A stretch of DNA of 64,000 bases from Entomortierella parvispora E1425 (lineage: Eukaryota; Fungi; Mortierellomycota), in the NCBI GenBank assembly GCA_020891255.1, contig BQFW01000014.1:248001-312000 (forward strand), given 5' to 3'. Shown in pieces: positions 1 to 11,084 of the stretch; the first letter of the stretch is position 1; each line of letters starts with the position of its first letter. Made by a program: the position numbers and the translations under genes. The notes under the pieces are model-generated. The model had not been told where the DNA came from and did no database searches. It worked only from the letters and a program-made list of their open reading frames with translations.

Positions 1-18
1 TTGGCGTCGACTTTTTCT

Positions 19-814
19 CTATGGTAGAGCACACCCGTGGATGTCAGGCAGGCCGCCAACGATGACGAGGACAATATCGAGGGCCCACAAGATACCAAAG
101 AAACCACCTAAAGAACAATTGTAAAAAGAAAAAAAAATCGCTTCTCAGCCCTTCCAAGCTTGCTTCTTTCGAGAAAAAAAGATACATCATCCCTGAACCT
201 GGGTCTCATACCAGTGCAAAACTTGAGAAGGCCGATGAGGAAGTATCCAAGGTAGAAGCGGTCAATTCTATAGTGGTCGATAACAAAGTAAACAAAGTGT
301 CAGTCCCAAACATCTTCCCTGCAGTCGACAACACAGAGGACAAGCTCTTTTCTCCGCGGCTGGCTCTCCTGTGCTCTTACCCGGAAAACCCAAGAAAAAT
401 GGACAAGAAGACAGTGGAATAGTAACCACGGTCCGAATAGCAGGTGGGGGGAGTCTCCTTGTTCCTGAAATGGAAAATGGGACCAAGAATGGCAAAGAGA
501 ATAACGATCAAAACCAGCAAGCAGCAGCACCAGACAAGCTCTGCGCGGGCTTTGTTCAAGGTGTCTTCACGGCTATCTACTGGAATTGTCGTGGCGCCGA
601 ATAGAGTGTTGATCGTGGAACCGAATCCTTGCTGGTTTGCTGGAGACGCCGTTGGGCGGAGTCGTTCGTGGTTGCATCCATCCTGAGGCGGCTTTCCCTG
701 CTCCAAGTCGCGGTTTGGGAGGAGGCGGTCACTTTCGGTGGCCTGGCTTGGCTCCTCACTGTCATGCTCCTGCACTAGTGGAGTAGTCTGGGCATTGGCA
801 TCTTTGGATGACAT
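19..814 (-). CDS. TM2 domain-containing membrane protein (3 exons: 381-814, 212-267, 19-107)
   Basis: Manual splicing at GT-AG sites gives ...YYSTVFLSIFLGFSG/IDRFYLGYFLIGLLKFCTG/GFFGILWALDIVLVIVGGLPDIHGCALP*. This matches the TM2 signature (LSIFLGxxGxDRFYLG...LKxxTxGGxGIW). An upstream hydrophobic helix is present (LVWCCCLLVLIVILFAILGPIF). Confidence 0.85.
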
Positions 815-1234
815 TTTGGGCTGTAGCAGGTGGTCGGGGAGGTCAAAAGAGTTGAAAGTGAGGCGAGGGAACGAAAGAGATGAAAAAAGTGGCACAAGAT
901 GGTTTTTGAGGCCATGCTGGGAGCACTGACTGCATTTGTTTGTTTGTTTGTTTCTTTTTTTTTTTTTTTTTTTCCTATCGTCTCGTCTGGGTCGAAGTTT
1001 CCTTTCGTGCCCATGTCAATGACTTCGTGAATGATTCTTGAGCATTACACGCGTGCACGCCCCTTGTCGCGTTTCTGGGGATCCTTTTTCTTTCATCATC
1101 TCTTCATGGTATACGACCCATAATGAGTAGGCCTGTTGTAACACGCGACGCGACATCCAGCTACCTGCCACGTCCTCCCGCAAATTTTTATGTTCATTTT
1201 TGCCGGATGGTTTATTGTTCAAGGACAGATTCTT

Positions 1235-3307
1235 TTATGAGAAGAGTCTGTTGATGTCCCCATTCGCAAGGGCGAGGCTGGCATCCCTGAAGATCATCTT
1301 GATTTTTCTCACATGATACTCTGGGATATTTCCTGCGAGGTTACGGTCTATGATAAAAGGATCCATGATGCAAATCGGCGCTTCCTTCAGCTTGTTCCGG
1401 TCGCACGGTTTTGCGACCGTGACATCTCTTGTTTTCTTAATCTTGGCCAACCGTGGATTAATTTCGTGTGTTTTATACTCGAATTTGTTCCCAAAGAACC
1501 GACAAAACTCCTTGAGAAGTGCCGCACTTGACGAATCATTTGTCGAACCAGCGTTCGCAAGCTTGGCCCAATTATCGTCAAAGCTGTATTTACTTCCATC
1601 GATCGATGGCCCTGGCTTAGTTTTCCCAGGCTCCTGCAAGTTGGGAAGTACGCTCTTTGCTTGCGCCTGCAGGAACACAATCATCATCATGACCAAGGCG
1701 TAGGAAGTAAGCAAGCGCTGCCTGCCGGAAATGATGTAGCCCTTTTTGGCCAGATGCCGGATTGCGAACCAGAGTGGCATGAACCGCGGGTCAATCCGGC
1801 GGTACGTGTCTATGAGTTTCGAGTTGTATACTCCATGGCGCTGGTTGAGAGAAATATCGCACTGAATCCTGTTCACAGGGTCTTCAAAGGTCGCAATTGG
1901 AACACGGGCACCAGGGATAGCTTCCACGTTGGTATATCCAAGCCCTCTCAGCGCCTTTGCCAGAGCCGTAATCGAACTTATGGACCGTGAACGATCGATC
2001 ACTGAAAAATCGGCATCGCTGCTTTGGTGACAGAGACCCGTAGCAAAGGATCCAAACAGCAGTACCTCAATATCATCCTTTTGAAATTGCGAGCGCAGTT
2101 CTGCCGTCAATCTCTCTTTCAGTTCCTGAACCTGCTGCTTCCGAGCATCCGTGGCCCTTGTAGTACTCAACAGCTCCTGCATCTTGTCTTCGATCATTTG
2201 TTCACGCGCCAGTACTTTCTCTTGTACTTCCTTGGCGCGGAGTTCCTTTTCTTTCCGGATGCAATCCAACTCTTGCTCCACTCGGATATGATCGAGCTCC
2301 TTTTCCTTCTGAACACGGTTGATTTCCTCTTTTTCTTTCTGAACGCGTTCGGCTTCCCGAAGTCTCTCTTGTTCCTCCTCCTTTTTCAGCCGTTCTTGAT
2401 TCAAACGTTCCTCCTCCTTCTTCTGTCGTTCCTGTTCCAGATGTTCCTCTTCCTTCCTCTGTCGCTCTTGTTCAAGACGTTCTTCCTCTTCCTTTTTTCG
2501 CTGTCGCTCTTGTTCTAGACGTTCCTCCTCCTCCTTCTTTTGTCGCTCTTGTTCTAAACGTTCCTCCTCCTCCTTCTTTTGTCGCTCTTGCTCTAGGCGT
2601 TTCTCCTTCTCCTTGGTCTGCCGCTCCACTCGCAAACGTCTCTCCTCGTCATGTTGGTTAAAGATAACCCTCTTTGCCATATTCATGTCTGTAAACTTTA
2701 TCAAGCCCTGAAGTCCTTCCCGTACCATTTTCACCTCCCCTCCTGATCCCCTAATGCTCCAGGAGTTGAGCAGCTCATAGATAAAGACCGCCAAGTCATC
2801 TTTGTAATGATAGGGAACCAATTCTGCATACTGGACTAGGAACATCCTCTCGTCCGCAGCGGACCAAGTCGGGAGACAAACGCCCGTTTCTGTGATCTTG
2901 TAGCCGCAGCAATCACTCGCGGCTTTAATGTTGGCAACACTGGTAGTGGCGGTGGCTGTTGTGGTGGTACTCGTCGCTGTTGGTGATGGTGGTGGTGGAG
3001 GAGCTACATAGGGTCCTGTCGGAGTGAAAGAAAGCGTAGACAACAGGGTGGGCTCGAGAGTTTGGAGGAACTTGCGGACATGGATGCCATCAAGGCCATA
3101 GGCGCGGATCGCACTCGCACAAGGGTAGAGGAGATCGGGAAACTTTTCAGAGGTCTCGGCCGCAATGTCGAATACGGCTGCGACGTGTTCAAAGGTGATA
3201 AAGGCCCCTTTGCCGTAGGTCGCTGTCAGCTCAAAGATGGCGAGCTCGTAATAAAACTCGAGGAATTGGAGGGTGACTTGCTGGTGAGTGGGGTCAATGG
3301 TCATCAT
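1235..3307 (-). CDS. Cid1/TUTase-like non-canonical poly(A)/poly(U) polymerase (Pol-beta nucleotidyltransferase + PAP-associated domain) with long N-terminal extension
   Basis: Intronless 690-aa ORF. Motifs: LFGSFATGL...SDADFS (GS + DxD), RVPIATF, CDISLN (third Asp), LTSYALVMMMIVFLQ, LLKEFCRFFG, ICIMDPFIIDRNLA (nucleotide recognition motif). Confidence 0.9.
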   Translation of the reverse strand: MMTIDPTHQQVTLQFLEFYYELAIFELTATYGKGAFITFEHVAAVFDIAAETSEKFPDLLYPCASAIRAYGLDGIHVRKFLQTLEPTLLSTLSFTPTGPYVAPPPPPSPTATSTTTTATATTSVANIKAASDCCGYKITETGVCLPTWSAADERMFLVQYAELVPYHYKDDLAVFIYELLNSWSIRGSGGEVKMVREGLQGLIKFTDMNMAKRVIFNQHDEERRLRVERQTKEKEKRLEQERQKKEEEERLEQERQKKEEEERLEQERQRKKEEEERLEQERQRKEEEHLEQERQKKEEERLNQERLKKEEEQERLREAERVQKEKEEINRVQKEKELDHIRVEQELDCIRKEKELRAKEVQEKVLAREQMIEDKMQELLSTTRATDARKQQVQELKERLTAELRSQFQKDDIEVLLFGSFATGLCHQSSDADFSVIDRSRSISSITALAKALRGLGYTNVEAIPGARVPIATFEDPVNRIQCDISLNQRHGVYNSKLIDTYRRIDPRFMPLWFAIRHLAKKGYIISGRQRLLTSYALVMMMIVFLQAQAKSVLPNLQEPGKTKPGPSIDGSKYSFDDNWAKLANAGSTNDSSSAALLKEFCRFFGNKFEYKTHEINPRLAKIKKTRDVTVAKPCDRNKLKEAPICIMDPFIIDRNLAGNIPEYHVRKIKMIFRDASLALANGDINRLFS
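2395..2610 (-). repeat. Coding tandem repeat (~36-39 nt unit, EERLEQERQ(K/R)K(K)EE) within the nucleotidyltransferase coiled coil
   Basis: About 5-6 near-identical units such as cgttcctcctcctccttcttttgtcgctcttgttcta are visible in the DNA. Confidence 0.85.
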
Positions 3308-3775
3308 CGCGAAAGGGGGGGGGGGTCACTGCGGAAAAGAAAGAAGAATTGTACCTCTGGCTTTGAGGGGAAGGGAGAGAAAAGAGGTGTGTGCCAAAGC
3401 AATTGGCAAAGTAAAAGGAGAAGGAGGGAGAAAGCTGTGGTTTGTTTGGGCTTTGGGCCTTTTTTTGTATAACTTGAAGACAGATCGCTATGGGGGGGGG
3501 GGGCACGTCCCTTTTTCCTTTCAGATGCATCGGCACATCCTTTCGCAAACTCTTGATAAAACATCATCACAAATCAATGTAGTGGAGCAGCGGGCACCGC
3601 CTCTTTGTTTTTGAAGATGAAGCAAGTAGAAACGTTCACAGAACATGCATGTATCTGCAGATGCCGTCTTTCACACCTGAAGGACGATCTCTCGGTGCAC
3701 AAGTAGCGAGAACCTGGCCCCCACGAATTACTGCTTTGGATCAATACAACTTTTTTTTACTGTGGTTTATAGAAT

Positions 3776-5422
3776 TTATAGAATGGCCTTTGGAGGGCCA
3801 TGTAGGTTGTGCATGGATATCGGTGGGTTGATGTGAAGGGTAGCCTCCACATTGATCGTAGCTTGTACATCACCTCCGTCCTTGCCTCCCTGCCCTTGGG
3901 CAAGAATCTTGTCTAATTGTAATTGCTCCACCAGAACCTTTTTCCTTTCCACCTCTAGTTTCATTTTCTCCGTTTCTCGGCGGTAAATTTCATGTTCAAG
4001 GTCAAACTTGCGACGCTTCTCATCGTCTGCCATTTCTCTTTCAAGCTTGACTATTTGCAGGTGCAAGAGCTCCTTCTGCATCCTTACAAGTCCACGTTGG
4101 TCTGCCTGAATGGTTTCCTCCATTATCAGTTTACGGCGCTTAAGGTAGAGTCCTTCCCGTGTCGGGTCGCCGAAGTTCGGAGGCATGGCCGATCCAACAC
4201 CTGGGATCTCGGCGCGTTTCTTTTGATTTGTCGAGGCTGACATGTCGCCTGGATTGTCCCAGGTGGTGGGGTCCTGCCAAGAATCAGAGATGTCTTCCTC
4301 CTCAATCTGCTCGTACATTGCCGACGAGTCACTGCTTGCAGAGACTTCCATCCTGTCGCCAGAAACGCCCAAGTTCTCGATAATTCCATTCATTTTCGAC
4401 GGGCTGTCGACTGCAGATGTTTCCTGTCTGCTGTTCGAGCCACCAGCACTGTTGTCGTCGGTAGTATGTCCTTCTTTCGTACCTTCCTGCTTCTCTTCGC
4501 CTTTCTCTTCTTCATCTTTCTGTTCTTCATCTTTTTCCTTTTCCTTTCCCTTTCCCTTGTCCGTGACTTTCTCCCCTTCGTCCTGCTTCTCCTCTTCTTC
4601 GTCCTCCCCCTCATCCTCTGATTCGATCATGAGGCCTGTTGGGCTAGGTATGATGCTATCCAAACGTTGAGCGGGTTTGGATGGGTCCAGGAACGAGGCG
4701 GTGGACCATTGGTCATGGACAGTGAAGAAGAAATGACACACCTCGTTGACCCTACCGATCATGTCTTCTTCCGTTTCACCCGATGGCAAATCCCCGATTT
4801 CAAACCTCTTCAAAACAGCCACGCCTTGTTCCCAGGCTGCATGCATCGTCCTGAGCTTCCTTTTTATCTGGTCTTGATTGACCAACACTGGCTCCTCCTT
4901 TGTTGAGAATTTGTCGCTGAACCGTTTGGCAATAATCCCGTAGACGGCTGTCCGGCCCGAATACAATGGGTTTTGGCTGGCGGATCCGCTCAAGATCTCC
5001 CAGGCATTGGACTCGGAGAAGAGTTGGGCAAGATATCTTTCATGCTCCATCGTATAGTTGAAGCGTTTTCTCCTTTGGATGAAGGGCGCTCCGGGCGAGA
5101 GAACAGGGCTTGGGATGACAGGGGTCGACGTGGCTCTCGAGTGGTTCGGGGTAGAGGGTCTGTTGTAGCTTGTACCAGCAGTACTGGAGGTTGAGGGAAG
5201 GTCGGATTTTATAGGATGCATCAGAATGCCAGGTCTTGATGAGTGGATGGATGGTTGTGGCTGGGCTTGCGACTGCTTCCTGTGGGTCGCCAACAGTTCT
5301 TCGACAGGGTCGCCTGCGGCTCGTATCGTAGGACCCCGAGCAACATGTTTGAATGTAATAGACTGCAAAGGCGGTTCAGTACGTTTTCCCTCTGATCCTG
5401 CTGGCGCTTGCTCTTGAGTCAT
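3776..5422 (-). CDS. Hypothetical protein with Myb/SANT-like helical domain, acidic low-complexity middle and C-terminal coiled coil
   Basis: Intronless ORF; likely start MTQEQAP at 5422. The segment RRKRFNYTMEHERYLAQLF...AVYGIIAKRFSDKF...QDQIKRKLRTMHAAWEQG resembles Myb/SANT-like (trihelix) domains. Confidence 0.55.
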   Translation of the reverse strand: MTQEQAPAGSEGKRTEPPLQSITFKHVARGPTIRAAGDPVEELLATHRKQSQAQPQPSIHSSRPGILMHPIKSDLPSTSSTAGTSYNRPSTPNHSRATSTPVIPSPVLSPGAPFIQRRKRFNYTMEHERYLAQLFSESNAWEILSGSASQNPLYSGRTAVYGIIAKRFSDKFSTKEEPVLVNQDQIKRKLRTMHAAWEQGVAVLKRFEIGDLPSGETEEDMIGRVNEVCHFFFTVHDQWSTASFLDPSKPAQRLDSIIPSPTGLMIESEDEGEDEEEEKQDEGEKVTDKGKGKEKEKDEEQKDEEEKGEEKQEGTKEGHTTDDNSAGGSNSRQETSAVDSPSKMNGIIENLGVSGDRMEVSASSDSSAMYEQIEEEDISDSWQDPTTWDNPGDMSASTNQKKRAEIPGVGSAMPPNFGDPTREGLYLKRRKLIMEETIQADQRGLVRMQKELLHLQIVKLEREMADDEKRRKFDLEHEIYRRETEKMKLEVERKKVLVEQLQLDKILAQGQGGKDGGDVQATINVEATLHINPPISMHNLHGPPKAIL

Positions 5423-5807
5423 TGGGGCGGGATGGTTGAGTTGACAGAAAGAAAAGTGCAAAAGCAGGGGGAGTTCGATTTCTTGAGACCATGGTCCAGT
5501 TTGCATGGTTGCACAAGGACTGATAGCACCCCTTAAACGAAAAGATGGTCAGTCAGGGTCGAAGAAGGACACGAAGAGTGAAGGCAATACGATCCACGCG
5601 TCATGAACAAACCTTTGCTCTGCTCAAGGGATGCGCCTCTTCTCCACCATCAAAAAACAATATCAATGAGAGGGAGACCCTCTGACTCTGCTGATGCTGA
5701 TAATGAAAATTTACACTGTTTTTATTGTGGTGTTTGCCTGTCATCGAACGAGGCCTCCTTCCCCATGCTTAACGAATCGCTTTTCCCATCTATGCCTAAC
5801 AACCTTT

Positions 5808-8185
5808 TTACTCTGCGACAGAGGTGATGACATCGTCAATCTTCAAGATGTGCTTCACCAATTGTGTGGCCAAAAGGATCTGCTGTCTCTTGGAAATCAG
5901 GGGATCGTACACAAACTGTTCCTTCATGTCGTTGGTGCCCTTGTACAGACAATCCACGCCCAATCGGCTGTTGTTCTCTGTCACCTGGCGAGCCTTGACA
6001 TCAGCCAAAGTCTCGATAGGGGGCAATCCAGAGTTCTCGGCCAAAGCCAAGGGAACGGCCTCCAAAGCCTCGGCGAAGGCGCGCATGGCGTATTGGTGAA
6101 CACTGGCAACCTCATCAGCAGCCTTGGAAACGGCCAATGAACAGGCAATCTCGGCAGCTCCACCTCCGTAAACGACACGGTTATCGCGGACCAAGTTGCG
6201 GACCACGCAAATAGCATCGTGCAACGAGCGCTTGGCCTCGTCAATGATCATCTTGTTGCCTCCACGGACAAAGACAGTGACGGCGCGGGTGTTGGCGCAC
6301 TCCTCAATGACCAACATGCGATCCTTGGTGGTTCCAAAGCTCAACTCACGAACAATGCCGGCATGTCCAAGCTTGGCCTCCGACAAATCCTCGAAACGGG
6401 GAACAATGCGACCGTTGGTGGCAATGGCAATCAACTATAGTGAGATAGAGAAACATTCAAAATTAATATCAGGCAACCTCAGCAAACCCATTGGCCAACG
6501 ATCTCTCTTCCTTACCTCGATCTCAGGACCTCCAACCCAGCGCACGGATGGGAGCTGGTTCTGCATCAACAAATGGTTGGCCTCGTCATCAAATCCCCAC
6601 TGGCAGATAACCAAGTTGGCGCCAGTATCCTTGACCTGCTTGATCATCAACTCGAACTTCTCCTTCTCATAAGTCTGCAACTTCTTGTACTCCTCAACGG
6701 ATGTGATGTCCAACTTGTGCTTAGTCTTGGGCTTTGGGGGCTCAAACGCGCAGGTCAAAATGGCAATCTTGGCATCCTTGACCTCACGGGGCATCTGGGG
6801 GTGAGAAAAGTCCTTGTCGATAACAACTCCCTTGACCAAAACAGTGTCAGCCAAGGAACCTCCGACCTTTCCGTCAACCTTGATCAACTCGAAATCAACA
6901 TCCTTGCGCTCCAAATCAGCAACCTGGAGAACAGCATCCACAGCAATCTTGGCGTATTGGTCATGGCATTTGGACACACTGAAGGAACAAAGGAAAATAA
7001 TCAAAAGGGTCAGAAACATTCCAGCAATTTTAGCCACGCGCCCAATTTCTTTCCATCCACACGGCTCGTTCGTTGACAACAAACATACATCTTGCTTCCC
7101 AAACTGGTCTTGGCAGTCTTGTACAAGTTCTCGGTGTTGTCGCGAGAGAACTCGACGACATCAGAGATGGTGTCAAGGTGAGCAACAGCAACCTTGCAGG
7201 CACGCTCGAAACCGTCAGCAATACGGATAGGGTGAATTCCACGATCCAACAAGTGCTCAGCCTGCTCCAAAAGGGAACCAGCCATGACTAAGAAATAAAG
7301 AACACAGGGTGAAGAGTTAGGAATCCGGCCTGTATGCCTCAAACTAGTGTACATAGGTGTCGATCAAAGGACTAATGGTCTAGTCCCTGAACGAGAAGAA
7401 GAAAAGAAGAAAAAGACGCCATGAATAGGACATACCAACGACACCGGTGGTACCGTCTCCGATCTCATCATCCTGCGACTTTGACAACTGAACCAAGAGC
7501 TTGGCGATCTGGTGGTGAACATCCATCTGGTCAAGAATAGTAGCTCCATCGTTGGTGACAGTGATATCGCCGTCGGGAGAGATCAAGATCTTGTCAAGAC
7601 CTACAACAAAAAAAGAAAATACCGAGCATTGGAAGCATGATTAGGACGCGATCTGTTGGTTCCATTGCGACTACTTGCGGATCAGTATCCAGGCGTGGAG
7701 GCAGATCGGCGTGTCCTTGGACTTACCGCGAGGTCCGAGAGAGGTCTTCAAGATGTTGGCAACAGTCTTGGCAGCAAGAATGTGGGCCTAGATACGCAAG
7801 CAAGATCAAACGACACGAGGAGGTTAGTGTCGGTTATGTGTCCAAAAAGCAAGAGATTCGCCCCTGAGCAGTTGCGTCGCGCATCAAGATTGGGTAAAAA
7901 AGAACGAGAAGGGTCGCAGCCAGCATTTCTGAGAGGGTGAATCTCGGACAGAGAAGCTGCAAACACGTCCAGCAAGGAGAAGGCATCCTGAAGTCATGCT
8001 ACGAGGATGGGGCAGATGCGCGGTCGTTTGTGTTGTGTTTGTATTTTGGCCAGTGGGTCGAAGGAGACTGGCAGTACCTTTTGCGCCTCGAGGCCACTGA
8101 GTCTTGACTTTTTCTGCTGCTCTCTGAGGATGATGAAGGGTCGCCCATATTCGTCCTGGGCGTAGACTGCGTTCATGCCATCCAT
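5808..8185 (-). CDS. CCT5: T-complex protein 1 subunit epsilon (CCT5), multi-exon
   Basis: [36 protein letters not shown]; [17 protein letters not shown]; [11 protein letters not shown]; [20 protein letters not shown]; [12 protein letters not shown]; ILKIDDVI. Confidence 0.97.
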
Positions 8186-8539
8186 GCTGAAGAAGAGATG
8201 AGCGGGGTGGAAGGGGGAGAATGGAGTGATGAGAAAGGGAGATGATGGCGCCGTGTGTCTTTTCCCCTTTTCGCCTCTGTTCAATGACCGTTTGAATCTG
8301 TTCTTCGTTGTTCTTTACGACGGAGGGGCTTCTGCGCGGTGCAGGCTGGCGTTGCACGGCGTAGAAGGGGGCCATTTCGCTCCTGTTCAGGAGAATCACG
8401 TGTATTCAAGACGTGTCACAGAAGTACAGCTGAGCGCACTTGCTGTGGCCTCTTTTGAGCAAGTCACATGACCAGATGAGCTGTGATATCAGTCTTTCGC
8501 TCGCCTCTGATTTGAACCTCCTTTTCAAATTATTACAAC
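8186..8539. promoter_or_regulatory. Bidirectional promoter between CCT5 and RPS23, with E-box ATCACGTG (8395-8402) and Homol-D-like AAGTCACA (8461-8468)
   Basis: 354-bp interval between head-to-head start codons; motifs read directly from the sequence. Their function is inferred. Confidence 0.55.
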
Positions 8540-9973
<1,434 letters not shown>

Positions 9974-10154
9974 ATATGCGATCGATTTTCGTCTGCTGTC
10001 TCGGATGGCTGTACAAATCTCCCCAATAAATCGATATCAAAGAGTCGCTTTGACATACTAGGCGCCAGGCGCTACCTGAGGGGAACTTTTCTTTGGGAAG
10101 GGAATGCAAAAGAAAATGCAGTTGGAAACTTAGTTTATTACAGGACATGATCGC

Positions 10155-11050
10155 CTATTCTTCTCGGGTGATGGCAAGCTTGCGAATGGTGCTGTATTGC
10201 CTAGAGAATTGAAAAGGAAGGAAAGAACGCGTCAAGTTCGTGTTTGTGAAGACATTTCAGATCATTGGCATGGCGTAGGAGGCTTCTGCACTTACTCTTC
10301 GTTCTTCAGAACCTTGTAGTAGTAGTCCGCGTAGTCTGATAGATTGATCATCTTCAAGAACTCTTCGTCGTGGGTGATGATGATGAGCTGGAAGTTGCTT
10401 TGCTGCCTGTGCTTGTTGACGATACTATTTTCGATATCACACGGAGTGAGGTTAGTGTCTGCTTATAGCATCAACAATGGTCAAAGGAAAGCGAGCGCCT
10501 AGAGGGACTTGACAACTTACTCCTTCAAACTATGAGCGAGCTGGACAATATTGGCATGGTCCAGGTTGGTCGTAGGCTCATCCAGAGCAAGGATACCACA
10601 GCTCACAGAAAACGACTCTGCAAGTGCCAATCGGATGATGATCGACGCCAGTACCTTTTGACCAGCACTGCATCGTCCACGCATGTCCTGCGCACGACCG
10701 TCTTGGATCATCACCACTCTGTAGTTATAAGATTGGTTCGCCCTCAGTCCCTCTTGATCAGATCGAATCTCGATTGTGTCAATGTCTATATGGCAATGAG
10801 AACGTGTTAGCAATGACACAAGGGAATATTACGGGCAAGGAAGAACTGTGGTTTTTCCTACCAGTTCCCTGATACGTGTTGGTCCAGAGCTCCTTGATGG
10901 TCTTGTTGACCTCCTCCATCTTCATCGTATGATAGTCAACAATCGCACTTTGTAGCGCCTTTGCATATTTCTCCAGATCTTCCAAGGCGAGTTCAGTTGT
11001 CTAGGATGCAGAGGAGCAGGTCAGCAAAGTATTTCTAGGATCAAGGATTG

Positions 11051-11084
<34 letters not shown>

